This document shows positions 21,068 to 32,778 of a stretch of 64,000 bases of DNA, piece by piece (positions within the stretch are counted from its first letter, which is position 1; each line of letters starts with the position of its first letter). Source of the stretch: Nostoc sp. DedSLP01 (GTDB lineage: Bacteria > Cyanobacteriota > Cyanobacteriia > Cyanobacteriales > Nostocaceae); contig JAVRCJ020000010.1 of NCBI GenBank assembly GCA_034530875.2, positions 32,001 to 96,000 on the forward strand, written 5' to 3'. The position numbers and the translations under genes were made by a program. The notes under the pieces were generated by a model. The model was not told the DNA's origin. It made no database searches and was given only the letters and a program-made list of their open reading frames with translations.

Positions 21068-22090
21068 ATGGGATCGACTCGTGTACGGATCGCAATTGAT
21101 GCAATGGGAGGGGATCATGCACCCGCTGAAATCGTTGCTGGCGCATTGCGAGCAAGGGAAGAATTGGGTGTAGATATATTGTTGGTTGGCGATCCCCAAC
21201 AAATTGAAGCTGCCTTACCGCCAAAAACAAATTTAGGGCAGGTGGAGATCGTGACTGCACAGGAAGCGATCGCAATGGATGAGGAGCCTTTAAACGCAGT
21301 TAGACGCAAACGGAACGCTTCTATTAATGTGGCGATGGATTTGGTCAAACAGCAACGGGCAGACGCGGTATTTTCAGCCGGTCACTCTGGCGCAGCTATG
21401 GCATCAGCTTTGCTCCGCTTAGGAAGATTACCAGGAGTAGACCGCCCAGCCATTGGGACTGTTTTTCCGACGATTATTGCTGGTAAGCCAGTACTAGTAC
21501 TTGACGTCGGCGCCAACGTAGACTGCCGTCCCAAGTTTTTAGAGCAGTTTGCTGTCATGGGGTCGGCTTACAGTCGCTACGTCTTGGGTACAGCAGAACC
21601 TAAGGTGGGTTTGTTGAATATCGGCGAAGAAGACTCTAAGGGCAATGATGCGGCAGTCCGCGCCCATCAGTTACTTCGTGAAAACTCTCAAATTAATTTT
21701 ATTGGCAACGCCGAAGGGCGTGATGTGCTTTCCGGTCGTTTTGATGTGATAGTCTGTGATGGCTTTGTCGGCAATGTCTTATTAAAATTTGCCGAAGCAG
21801 TCGGAGAAGTAATTCTGCAAATCTTACGGGAAGAATTACCCCAAGGCTTACACGGTCAAATCGGCTCAGCACTTTTAAAACCAAACCTGAAGCGTATCAA
21901 GCAGCGTATGGATCACGCAGAACACGGCGGCGCTTTACTCTTAGGCGTAGATGGAGTTTGTTTGATCGGTCACGGAAGCTCGCAAGCACCTTCAATATTT
22001 AATGCAATTCGCATGGCCAAAGAAGCTGTTGACAATGAGGTACTGCAACGAATCCAGTCCCAATATATCCTAGAGCGCGAAAGCGGTTAG
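21068..22090 (+). CDS. plsX: Phosphate acyltransferase PlsX
   Basis: IAIDAMGGDHAP, LDVGAN, LLNIGEE--KG, CDGFVGN, GHGSS. Confidence 0.97.
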   Translation: MGSTRVRIAIDAMGGDHAPAEIVAGALRAREELGVDILLVGDPQQIEAALPPKTNLGQVEIVTAQEAIAMDEEPLNAVRRKRNASINVAMDLVKQQRADAVFSAGHSGAAMASALLRLGRLPGVDRPAIGTVFPTIIAGKPVLVLDVGANVDCRPKFLEQFAVMGSAYSRYVLGTAEPKVGLLNIGEEDSKGNDAAVRAHQLLRENSQINFIGNAEGRDVLSGRFDVIVCDGFVGNVLLKFAEAVGEVILQILREELPQGLHGQIGSALLKPNLKRIKQRMDHAEHGGALLLGVDGVCLIGHGSSQAPSIFNAIRMAKEAVDNEVLQRIQSQYILERESG

Positions 22091-22203
22091 TCATCGATCG
22101 TTGGTCATTAGTCATTGGTCATTGGTCATTGGTCAATTGTCATTTGTAAAGCACAAAGGACGATTGACAAAGGACAAAAAGCTGATAGCTCGGGAGATTA
22201 GGT

Positions 22204-23196
22204 GTGCATAATTTAGGCATAGCAATTACAGGAAGTGGCTCAGCAGTACCAGCAACTTCCCTACACAACCAAAGATTGACTGAACTGGTTGAAACTTCAG
22301 ACGAATGGATTACCACAAGAACTGGAATTCGTCAACGGCGATTGGCACTGCCATCTGAGTCATTGACTGTACTCGCTACTGCCGCCAGCGAACGGGCGAT
22401 CGCAGATGCCGGAATCAAAGCAGAAGACCTAGATCTGATTTTACTGGCGACTTCCACCCCTGACGATTTATTTGGTAGTGCTTGTAAGATACAGGCCCAA
22501 TTAGGAGCAAGCAAAGCAGTAGCTTTTGACTTGACAGCTGCTTGTTCCGGCTTCGTATTTGGACTGGTTACAGCAGCCCAATATATTAGAACAGGTGTAT
22601 ATCAAAATGTACTCCTGATAGGAGGAGATATCCTCTCTCGCTGGGTAGATTGGGAAGACCGACGCACCTGTGTGTTGTTTGGTGATGGTGCAGGGGCAGT
22701 AGTATTGCAGGCGTCGAAAAGCGATCGCTTATTGGGATTTGCGCTCAAAAGCGATGGTACTCAAAACCATCAGCTCAACCTTGGCTATACAGGCTCATCT
22801 CAAGAAATACTTTCTGGGATCGATGTCACCAAAGGCGCTTACCAACCCATCACTATGAACGGCAAAGAAGTTTACCGCTTTGCCGTCAACAAAGTGCCAG
22901 AAATCATTGACAAAGCCTTATTCCAAGCCAACCTCACAGTTGAGCAAATAGATTGGCTAGTGTTACATCAAGCCAATCAACGGATTATTGATGCCGTTGC
23001 CCAACGCCTAAATATCCCAGAACATAAAGTTATTAGTAATCTTGCAAACTATGGCAATACCTCCGCTGCTTCCATTCCTCTAGCCTTAGATGAAGCAGTG
23101 CGCCAAGGCAAAATTAAACCTAATGACATCGTTGCTGCATCCGGCTTTGGTGCCGGTCTTACATGGGGTGCAGCAATTTTTCAATGGGGAAGATAG
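22204..23196 (+). CDS. fabH: 3-oxoacyl-ACP synthase III
   Basis: WITTRTGI, AACSGF, HQAN, YGNTSAASIP. Confidence 0.97.
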   Translation: MHNLGIAITGSGSAVPATSLHNQRLTELVETSDEWITTRTGIRQRRLALPSESLTVLATAASERAIADAGIKAEDLDLILLATSTPDDLFGSACKIQAQLGASKAVAFDLTAACSGFVFGLVTAAQYIRTGVYQNVLLIGGDILSRWVDWEDRRTCVLFGDGAGAVVLQASKSDRLLGFALKSDGTQNHQLNLGYTGSSQEILSGIDVTKGAYQPITMNGKEVYRFAVNKVPEIIDKALFQANLTVEQIDWLVLHQANQRIIDAVAQRLNIPEHKVISNLANYGNTSAASIPLALDEAVRQGKIKPNDIVAASGFGAGLTWGAAIFQWGR

Positions 23197-23342
23197 GGAT
23201 TGGGGACTGGGGACTGGTGACTGGGGAAGTGTGGAGAGTGCGGGTACTAGGGAGGAAAGATTTCTTCCCCATTCTCCCACACCTCCCACACTCCCTGCTT
23301 GCCCAATGCCCAATGCCCAATCCCCAATGCCCAATCCCCAAT
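23194..23342. repeat. Composite STRR palindrome between fabH and fabD
   Basis: GGGGACT heptamers on the left, CCCAATG/CCCAATC on the right, core GGAAAGATTTCTTCCCC shared with 50670-50861. Confidence 0.8.
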
Positions 23343-23370
23343 ATCCACTCGATCGCTGACTAAATGACCA

Positions 23371-24252
23371 ATGACTAAAACTGCATGGGTGTTTCCCGGA
23401 CAAGGTTCTCAAGCACTGGGAATGGGAATAGATTTATTAGATATACCTGCCGCTAAAGACAAATTTGCCCAGGCTGAGGCAATTTTAGGCTGGTCTGTGA
23501 CAGAAATATGTCAAACCCAAGAAGAAAAGTTATCACAGACGCTGTATACTCAGCCAAGTCTTTATGTGGTAGAAAGCATTCTTGCTGACCTGATGCGGGA
23601 GCGAGGACACAAACCAGATTTAGTTGCTGGTCATAGTTTGGGAGAGTATGTTGCCCTTTATGTTGCTGGTGTCTTCGAGTGGGCGGCTGGTTTATATCTA
23701 GTGAAGCGTCGTGCCGAACTCATGGATAGTACCTCTGGTGGGATGATGGCAGCCTTGATGAACTTTGACCGCGAACAGTTGGAAAAAGCGATCGCCGCAA
23801 CGCCTGATGTAGTAGTGGCAAATGATAACAGTCCGGCTCAAGTGGTAATTTCAGGTACAGCCGACGCTGTACAAACGGTCATGTCTCAAGTAAAAGCCAA
23901 GCGTGCTATTCCTTTAAAAGTTTCTGGGGCATTTCATTCACATTTAGTTGCCGCAGCTGCTGCGGAATTTCAAGATATTTTGCAATCTGTGGAATTTCAG
24001 CCAGCTGTTGTGCCAGTTTTATCAAACATAGAACCAACTCCGTCTAGCGATGCTGCAATTTTGAAGCAACGCCTCAACAAACAAATGACGGGTTCGGTAC
24101 GCTGGCGAGAAATTTCTCTAGAATTACCAGCTAACGGTATCCAGCAAGTAATAGAAATTGGCCCTGGTAAAGTTCTAACTGGCTTGATTAAACGTACTAG
24201 TCCAGATTTAAGCCTCAAAAACATCGCTAGTGCTGCTGATTTGCCTGTTTGA
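23371..24252 (+). CDS. fabD: Malonyl-CoA:ACP transacylase
   Basis: FPGQGSQ, GHSLGEY, VSGAFHS. Confidence 0.97.
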   Translation: MTKTAWVFPGQGSQALGMGIDLLDIPAAKDKFAQAEAILGWSVTEICQTQEEKLSQTLYTQPSLYVVESILADLMRERGHKPDLVAGHSLGEYVALYVAGVFEWAAGLYLVKRRAELMDSTSGGMMAALMNFDREQLEKAIAATPDVVVANDNSPAQVVISGTADAVQTVMSQVKAKRAIPLKVSGAFHSHLVAAAAAEFQDILQSVEFQPAVVPVLSNIEPTPSSDAAILKQRLNKQMTGSVRWREISLELPANGIQQVIEIGPGKVLTGLIKRTSPDLSLKNIASAADLPV

Positions 24253-24511
24253 TAGAAGAAAGGCAGGAGGCAGAGGGCAGAAGGAAGAAAAGGTACAAAC
24301 CTTGACCCTTGTGGGCAAAAAATCAAAACATTCTTTTCGAGATGCAAGGTACGAGAAAAGATACGTCCTATTCAAACCTCTTCCCTTTATGAGAGAGGTT
24401 TTCCTTCTGCCTCCAGCATAGCTACCGCCCTTGGCAGATTGATTTTTTAGAGGATGTTTTAAAAGTACATCAGATAGAAACTTTGGGCAGACAAAGGAGA
24501 TGAGGTAAACA

Positions 24512-24620
24512 AGACTTCTTGCAGAAGTCGAGAAAAGGGGAAGGGGGAAGGGGAAAAGGTTTGGTATTTTCCCTTTCCCCTTTAACCTTTTTCCTTTGAC
24601 CACAAGAGTGCAAAAAGCCT
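24512..24620. mobile_element. MITE-like element, AGACTTCTTGCA-end family
   Basis: Imperfect inverted ends AGACTTCTTGCA...TGCAAAAAGCCT with purine/pyrimidine-rich arms; related copy at 60567-60657. Confidence 0.55.
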
Positions 24621-24667
24621 CTGTAAAAATAGTATTTACTACACCTTTTATTGTTGAATTTCAGCAA

Positions 24668-25444
24668 ATGCCACTTGAATTACAAAATCTCACAGGCGGT
24701 TACACCACAGTACCAGTTGTCCAAAACATTAATCTCAGCCTACAAACAGGAGAATGGTTGAGTTTAGTTGGTGCTAATGGTTCAGGTAAGTCTACTTTAC
24801 TTAAATTACTCAGCCGTATTCTTTCTCCACAGCAGGGAACAGTACTACTTGATGGCAAAGCAATTCATTCTCAACCGCCAAATATAGTTGCACAGAAACT
24901 AGCATTGTTACCGCAACAACAAATAGTTCCCGTTGGCTTAACAGTGCGACAGTTAGTAAGTTTAGGGCGTACACCACATCAACCTTGGTGGCAATGGGAA
25001 TTAAATGCTGAAGATTGGCTAAAAGTCGAAGCTGCAATTCAAAAAACGCAATTACAAAAATTAAGCGATCGCTTAGTCGAACAACTCTCAGGTGGTGAAA
25101 AACAACGGGCTTTTTTAGCTTTAGCACTAGCCCAAGAACCAAAAGTGTTATTATTAGATGAACCTACGACTTTTTTAGATATCAATTATCAATTGCAACT
25201 GCTGGAAATACTTAAAGAACTGAATCAGCAGCAAGAATTAACTATTATTACAGTTCTACACGAACTCAATTTAGCAGTACGTTATAGTTCTCGTATTGCA
25301 TTATTAAAACAAGGTCATATCTGGCAAGTTGGTACACCTGAAGAAGTTATAACACCAAATGCGATCGCTCAAGTTTTCGGTGTAGAAGCAGTGATTATTC
25401 AGACGCCCGTCGGCTTACATGTTTGTGCTATTTCTGCTATTTAA
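24668..25444 (+). CDS. FecE/BtuD-type ABC transporter ATP-binding protein
   Basis: GANGSGKS, LSGGEKQR, LLLDEPT, LHELNLA. Confidence 0.9.
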   Translation: MPLELQNLTGGYTTVPVVQNINLSLQTGEWLSLVGANGSGKSTLLKLLSRILSPQQGTVLLDGKAIHSQPPNIVAQKLALLPQQQIVPVGLTVRQLVSLGRTPHQPWWQWELNAEDWLKVEAAIQKTQLQKLSDRLVEQLSGGEKQRAFLALALAQEPKVLLLDEPTTFLDINYQLQLLEILKELNQQQELTIITVLHELNLAVRYSSRIALLKQGHIWQVGTPEEVITPNAIAQVFGVEAVIIQTPVGLHVCAISAI

Positions 25445-25677
25445 CGAAGGCAGGAGGCCGTTTTTTAACGAGGATTTATACCCCATTCCAAAAACTTTTC
25501 GCCTTAAAAGGCTGTCTTCGTAGCGGGACGAAGTACGGTTTTTGACCCGATTTTTTTGATAAACTTTTAATCTGCTAACGCCAACTGGCACAACGTCTGA
25601 ATATTCATGCAGGAAGTCTATTAATTATTCTCCGCGTCCCCCATCTCCCCATTTTCCATACCTTCCTTGAATTTATA

Positions 25678-25791
25678 CAGCAGGTTGCGACTAAATGAGG
25701 TACACAACTGGAGAATTAAATATAGAAATTCTTCTTCTACCTCCTGCCTCATAACCAGTTAATTTGTACCTCATGCAAATCAAAACTGCTG
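25678..25791. mobile_element. TA-flanked MITE (CAGCAG...ATGAGGTACA end family), copy 1
   Basis: About 27-bp imperfect terminal inverted repeats; TA on both sides; related copies at 35518 and 43475-43720. Confidence 0.8.
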
Positions 25792-26754
25792 TAAATTAAT
25801 CCTCTTCGATAAGATTGATTTGGGTAACATTCCATGTACGCCTTTTTGAGGACTATTTACAACTTGAGTGATGCGAAAATTTACAGCTAAACTACACAAT
25901 ACATAAGCATCTTCTCGGGATAAATTTACGAAGCGTTCTAAGAAATCGATCGTATTTTTTAAAGCGAGTTCTAAGGCTTCATCTAAAGTTTGAGCAAAGC
26001 CCATTGTGATGATATGAGTCGGAGTTTCTGCGATTGGTGTTGTTAGTTGTAAATCCTTGCGAAGTTTGAGTGTAATTCTACCATTCATAGAAGTTTCAAT
26101 GGCAGTTACATTAACTTCGCCATCTCCTTGTGCAGCATGTCCATCACCAATGGAAAATAATGCACCTGGAACAAAAATCGGCAAAAATAAGCGAGAACCT
26201 GCTTGGAGTTCTTGATTGTCGATATTACCGCCGTAAGAACCTGGCGGAATAGAAATTCGAGAAGTTTCTGGAGTAGCAACGCCAAGAATTCCAAAAAACG
26301 GTTTGAGGGGAATCTCGATCCCCGCACCTGGTGGAAATTCAGCAATATTGTTTGCTAAATCCAAAGGAATAAATCTTAAAGCAGGTTGAGAAAATTGATG
26401 TGGTAAGGCTCCCCAACCTGTACGAATTGCATTGAAACCCACAGGTAAACGAGGTGCGATCGCTTCTAATTTTACTTCTAAAACATCACCCGGTTCTGCA
26501 TCCCGCACGTAAATTGGTCCTGTAAGTAAATGCGGCCCTCCACCAATTTTGCGTTCTGGTAAAAGATTTTGGCAAATGTCGAGAAATTCTGGTGTGAGAA
26601 ACTCTGCTGGTGCTTTTTCATAAACGTAGTAACCAGTATAAGTTTCGACGTCAACTGTATCCCCAGAATCAATAGTCAGTGCTGGCTTTAGCAGATGGGA
26701 AAAACCGCCCAAATGTACGGTTTCTTTGGTAGCTTTTAAAATGTAGTGAGCGAT
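25780..26754 (-). CDS. Acetamidase/formamidase-family protein, probable ATC start
   Basis: HLLTGPIYV--AEPGD-LEV, YGGNID, GDGHAAQGDGEV--TAIE; frame open up to ATC at 26754 with AGGAGG 7 nt upstream. Confidence 0.88.
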   Translation of the reverse strand: MAHYILKATKETVHLGGFSHLLKPALTIDSGDTVDVETYTGYYVYEKAPAEFLTPEFLDICQNLLPERKIGGGPHLLTGPIYVRDAEPGDVLEVKLEAIAPRLPVGFNAIRTGWGALPHQFSQPALRFIPLDLANNIAEFPPGAGIEIPLKPFFGILGVATPETSRISIPPGSYGGNIDNQELQAGSRLFLPIFVPGALFSIGDGHAAQGDGEVNVTAIETSMNGRITLKLRKDLQLTTPIAETPTHIITMGFAQTLDEALELALKNTIDFLERFVNLSREDAYVLCSLAVNFRITQVVNSPQKGVHGMLPKSILSKRINLQQF

Positions 26755-26934
26755 CGCTCTACCTCCTCTTTGTGTAATTCGTAATTCGTAATTTGTAATT
26801 CGTAATTCGTAATACTCGCCAAGGCGTGAGAAGCAAGCTACGTAATGGGCTACACCCCGCTACGCTAACGTAATTACTGTTGCGTAAGGGTTTTAGGCAT
26901 TTCAAATGGTATATTTATTTCCACGCCAGCTGGA

Positions 26935-28017
26935 CTAGGTTTGTTGGCGTATCCTTTGCCAGACAGTAAAGCCTAAAAGAATAATAATGCTAACAGCGGT
27001 AGCCAACATCACAGCCAAAGTCATACCTTGTATTCTCATTGCCAACAAATTGCAAACTAAGGTAATTCCCCACAATGTAAACGCTGCATGGCGCTGGGAA
27101 AGTCCCCAAGCCAGCAAGCGGTGATGTAGGTGGTCTTTGCCAGGAGTACTTAGAGGATTATTTCCTGCTAAGAGCCGCCGCACAAATACTTGAGTAGTAT
27201 CTAACACCGGCAATAACAAAAATAAAACTGTGGGTATCAGGGCATAGACTGTGTTTTGTTGCAGTTTGCCTAAAATACTAGTTGCTGCCAGCACATAGCC
27301 AAAAAAGTATGCTCCAGCATCGCCCATAATAATCCTTGACGGATGGAAGTTATGGCGCAAAAAGCCAAGCGCCGCGCCCCCCAAGGCTGCCAATACCAAT
27401 ATTGCTGCTGCACGATTGTTAAATTGGGCTGCAACCGCTAACAAACTCATGGCGGTAATAAAGCTAATTCCTCCCGCCAAACCATCCATACCATCCATCA
27501 AGTTAATGGCGTTGGTAATCCCTACTACCCATAGTACCGTCAGGCACATAGACAAAAGGGAGTCGATGGGAGTGCCAAACAAAACTCTAACACTGATGCC
27601 GTTAGCTACCAGTAAGAGCGCTGTGACAATTTGCGCCCATAAACGAACAGAGGGCGGTAAGCCGAACTGATCGTCAATAAAGCCCACAAGGACTAATATT
27701 GAACCTCCCAAGAGAATAGTCAGCACCTGAGCCAATACATTTTGCAGTTCGATGGGTCGTAAAAGACTGGCTAATACCAGCGCGGCAATTACGCCTGCGT
27801 AGATAGCTAGACCCCCTGCATTCGGTAAAGGTTCTCGATTGAGCCGTCGTGCGTTTGGTTGGTCAGCCCAACCCACCCGCAAGGCGAATTTGCGTACTGT
27901 CGGAATTAAACGCCAGGTTACAACCCAAGCTAAGAGGAACGTAAACACTACTGCCAACCAGCCGCTGCCGCTAGGTTCGGCAATACCAAGGAACTTAAGG
28001 GAGTTGTATAGGTTCAT
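26935..28017 (-). CDS. MraY/WecA-family (GT4) undecaprenyl-phosphate sugar-phosphate transferase
   Basis: P--GGLAI, GFIDD, NAINLMDGMDGLA, MGDAG, HLHH; about 11 hydrophobic segments. Confidence 0.92.
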   Translation of the reverse strand: MNLYNSLKFLGIAEPSGSGWLAVVFTFLLAWVVTWRLIPTVRKFALRVGWADQPNARRLNREPLPNAGGLAIYAGVIAALVLASLLRPIELQNVLAQVLTILLGGSILVLVGFIDDQFGLPPSVRLWAQIVTALLLVANGISVRVLFGTPIDSLLSMCLTVLWVVGITNAINLMDGMDGLAGGISFITAMSLLAVAAQFNNRAAAILVLAALGGAALGFLRHNFHPSRIIMGDAGAYFFGYVLAATSILGKLQQNTVYALIPTVLFLLLPVLDTTQVFVRRLLAGNNPLSTPGKDHLHHRLLAWGLSQRHAAFTLWGITLVCNLLAMRIQGMTLAVMLATAVSIIILLGFTVWQRIRQQT

Positions 28018-28117
28018 CTCCCAATTCAAGCATTAATGCCAGTATCTAGTATGAGCATCATCATCTGTATATTAATAAATTTTTTATTTCCATTTGTAAC
28101 TTGACTTGTGGGAGACA

Positions 28118-28144
28118 TTAGCACTCTTGGCCTGTGAGTGCTAA
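28118..28144 (+). promoter_or_regulatory. CIRCE element (HrcA operator) upstream of groEL
   Basis: Perfect TTAGCACTC-N9-GAGTGCTAA. Confidence 0.97.
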
Positions 28145-28173
28145 ATTGTCTAATGGAAGCGCTTGAGAAATAA

Positions 28174-29820
<1,647 letters not shown>

Positions 29821-29910
29821 GCTGCGATCGCCTGCCTATGTAAGAATTCACAAGTACAGCCAGAAATATCTCTAGCTTTACTCCTGGATCTCAAGATAAA
29901 TATTTTTGCA

Positions 29911-29943
29911 GCAGTTTGTCTTGTCAAGGCAAACTGTTTTTTT
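29911..29943 (+). terminator. Intrinsic terminator after groEL
   Basis: CAGTTTGTCTT-gtc-AAGGCAAACTG stem followed by a T-run. Confidence 0.8.
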
Positions 29944-30218
29944 ATACCATTGCTGATTTAGAAGCAATATGTTATTTCTATTGCTGATAACTTACTGAAT
30001 CTAAATAAACTCAATTATTCAAATTTTTATTAGTTAGTTGTAAATACTACTGACTACTAAAAAAATGTTGATGACCAAATAAGCCACGTAAATAACTGCG
30101 AAATTTAGAAATGACCCTCTTTCTATTAATTTTTGTAAAATAACGTGTATCTCATTAGCCCTTTCTCAAATGACTAATGACTAATGACTAATGACCAATG
30201 ACTATTAGGTAATATTTC

Positions 30219-31361
30219 ATGCCACCAAAACTGCGCCGCGCTATAAAAGTAGTAACTAAGGCATTTCAAGAAGAGTTCCATCACCAACCGGGAACTATAC
30301 CAGGAACAATTTTTATTGATGCGGACGCTCCACCGCCAATAATTTTCTTAATAGACTATAGCCAGACGAATGTTATTCGCGAACAAATAGCAACTCCAGA
30401 AGAATGTATTCCATATCTAGAGATGGAAACTGTTTCTTGGGTAGACGTACAAGGTTTAGGTTCTCAAGATATATTACAAAGATTGGGTCGAGTTTTTGAT
30501 TTACATCCTCTGGTTTTAGAAGATGTGGTCAACGTACCAGAACGTCCGAAAACAGAGGATTATGAAGACCAATTACTTTTTATTGCTCGCATGGTAGTAC
30601 CAAAGGAAACAACATGTGGTTTTTACAGCGAACAAGTAAGTTTAATTTTGGGGAAAAATTATTTGCTCACAGTCCAAGAAGAACCAGACCATGATTGCTT
30701 TGAACCAGTGCGATCGCGGATTGAAAAAGGCAAAGGGATCGTTCGGTCTCAAAGAGCCGATTATTTAGCTTATGCTTTATTAGATGCTATTATTGATGGT
30801 TATTTTCCAGTACTGGAACTTTATGGCGAAAAAATTGAAGAATTAGAAGAAGAAGTAATAGTTAAACCTACTCCGCAAACACTACAAAATATTTATCAAA
30901 TTAGGCGAGAATTACTACAACTACGTCGCGCTATCTGGCCGCAGCGAGATGCAATTAATTCCTTGATTCGAGATGGCAGCGATTTGATTAGTGAAGACGT
31001 GCGAATCTACCTGCGAGATTGTTACGACCATACCGTGCAAGTAATGGATATGGTAGAAACTTACCGAGAGCTAGCATCCGGATTAATGGATGTATATCTT
31101 TCAGCAGTGAGCAACAAAATGAATGAAATCATGAAATTTTTAACAGTGGTTTCGTCAATTTTTATTCCATTGACTTTTGTTGCTGGAATATATGGTATGA
31201 ATTTCAATACTGAGAAATCACCATATAATATGCCTGAATTGAATTCGTATTGGGGTTACCTAATATGTTGGGCGGTGATGGTGGCGATCGCAGCTGGTTT
31301 ACTATTGTTCTTTTGGCGACGAGGCTGGCTGCAAAACTCTGTCCCAACTAAACGGAGTTAA
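30219..31361 (+). CDS. corA: Magnesium/cobalt transporter CorA
   Basis: LHPLVLED, YGMNF signature, MPEL---WGY, two C-terminal transmembrane helices. Confidence 0.95.
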   Translation: MPPKLRRAIKVVTKAFQEEFHHQPGTIPGTIFIDADAPPPIIFLIDYSQTNVIREQIATPEECIPYLEMETVSWVDVQGLGSQDILQRLGRVFDLHPLVLEDVVNVPERPKTEDYEDQLLFIARMVVPKETTCGFYSEQVSLILGKNYLLTVQEEPDHDCFEPVRSRIEKGKGIVRSQRADYLAYALLDAIIDGYFPVLELYGEKIEELEEEVIVKPTPQTLQNIYQIRRELLQLRRAIWPQRDAINSLIRDGSDLISEDVRIYLRDCYDHTVQVMDMVETYRELASGLMDVYLSAVSNKMNEIMKFLTVVSSIFIPLTFVAGIYGMNFNTEKSPYNMPELNSYWGYLICWAVMVAIAAGLLLFFWRRGWLQNSVPTKRS

Positions 31362-31425
31362 ATATTCCAGGCGATCTATGAGTCTCATATACATTCATTA
31401 GTACCGGGAGTTAATATTTTTCAAT

Positions 31426-32118
31426 ATGAGGAGTAGCGACCAAAATTTAATAGTTTTGACTATTTATATTATTGGTGTCATCTATGTTTTTAACCGCATG
31501 GTTGAATCTATTGACGACCAAATTAAGTTTGAATTTAAAAAAGGAATTGTCGATGACCAACTAAGAGAACAAAATCTCGATGACAAAATAGGCATTTCCT
31601 TTAGATTAAAATCTTCATATCCCATTGACGAACTGAAAGATTTATCGATGAGTATCGAAAATAAATCTGAGAATATTGCTGTATACGTCGATTGGGATAA
31701 TACCTCCTTGGTAGTCGAACATAGCAAACAATCGCGCCGAGTAATTCGCAAATCACCAGACTTAACCCGCGACTTAGCTGTACCTCAAAGCCCCAGCTTG
31801 ATTGTTCCCAAGAAAACACTTTCTGAAACAGTGACAGCAGAAGATGTTTTACAACGCCAAGAAAATGGAACTTACTCAGCCCAAAAACCACTAATTGATA
31901 TTAACGGACTGCAAAAAGGGCAAAAAAAATTGTACAACGACTTTATTAATAGAAGAAAGGAGTTAGAATTTTCCCTACAATTAGTATTAAGAATATCTGA
32001 GATGCGTGTAGGTGTAGCTCCTGGCGTAAATTTTCCTCCCATTAGTATTATCAATTGTCCTTTTACAGTCAGAAAATTACCTTGGACTTACGCTCTACCT
32101 TGGAATAAAAAGAAGTAA
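31426..32118 (+). CDS. Hypothetical protein with N-terminal transmembrane helix
   Basis: 230-aa ORF; hydrophobic LIVLTIYIIGVIYVF. Confidence 0.7.
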   Translation: MRSSDQNLIVLTIYIIGVIYVFNRMVESIDDQIKFEFKKGIVDDQLREQNLDDKIGISFRLKSSYPIDELKDLSMSIENKSENIAVYVDWDNTSLVVEHSKQSRRVIRKSPDLTRDLAVPQSPSLIVPKKTLSETVTAEDVLQRQENGTYSAQKPLIDINGLQKGQKKLYNDFINRRKELEFSLQLVLRISEMRVGVAPGVNFPPISIINCPFTVRKLPWTYALPWNKKK

Positions 32119-32235
32119 TAAGCTGTCAGGAGCATCTAACGTCAGACATCTTTTCGTGCTGGCTAATGTGAAATTAAGAGTGGAACGAGCTGACCAACTT
32201 AACAGAGTATGCGATCGAAGATTACACTGGATCTT

Positions 32236-32664
32236 GGGAGAGAGTAGGCGCAGGCGGTTGCAGACCAGTCAATTGCTACTGGTTTGAGGAAAGTCCGGAC
32301 TCCCGAAAGACCAAACTTGCTGGATAACGTCCAGTGCGAGCGATCGTGAGGATAGTGCCACAGAAAGATACCGCCAGGATTAGGGACTAGGAAATAGGGA
32401 CTGGGGACTGGGTAAGAATTTTCCTAATCCCCAATCCCCAATCCCCAATTTGGTAAGGGTGCAAAGGTGCGGTAAGAGCGCACCAGCAGCATCGAGAGGT
32501 GCTGGCTCGGTAAACCCCGGTTGGGAGCAAGGCCACAGGAACTACGGTTGGTCTTTTACCAGTTCCGTTCAACAAGAGCCGCTAGAGGCGTCTGGTAACA
32601 GGCGTCCCAGATAGATAACTGCCCTCGCAAGAGAACAGAACCCGGCTTATGACCTACTCTTTCC
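32236..32664 (+). ncRNA. rnpB: RNase P RNA (bacterial type A)
   Basis: GAGGAAAGTCCGG, AGTGCCACAGAA, GGTAAACCCC, ACAGAACCCGGCTTA; P1 pairing GAGAGTAGG/CCTACTCTT. Confidence 0.96.
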
Positions 32665-32670
32665 TTTCAA

Positions 32671-32713
32671 AATGGAGTATTAAACTTTTTAGGTTTGTAC
32701 TCCATTATTTTTT
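32671..32713 (+). terminator. Putative terminator after rnpB
   Basis: ATGGAGTA...TACTCCAT stem followed by a T-run. Confidence 0.6.
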
Positions 32714-32747
32714 GTCTGTCATATTTTGGTAATTTTCACTACAGCCC

Positions 32748-32778
32748 TGTAGAGACGTTGCACTGCAACGTCTCTACA
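32748..32778. repeat. GTAG-type REP-like perfect palindrome
   Basis: TGTAGAGACGTTGCA-c-TGCAACGTCTCTACA. Confidence 0.8.

Noticed and set aside
23086..23412. Short ORFs between fabH and fabD
   Set aside because: STRR-derived, low-complexity frames
24596..24667. TTG-initiated extension of the ABC ATPase
   Set aside because: It starts inside a MITE-like repeat; ATG 24668 gives a typical N-terminus
26802..26815. NtcA-like GTA-N8-TAC upstream of the acetamidase gene
   Set aside because: It arises from the TAATTCG heptamer array and is likely coincidental
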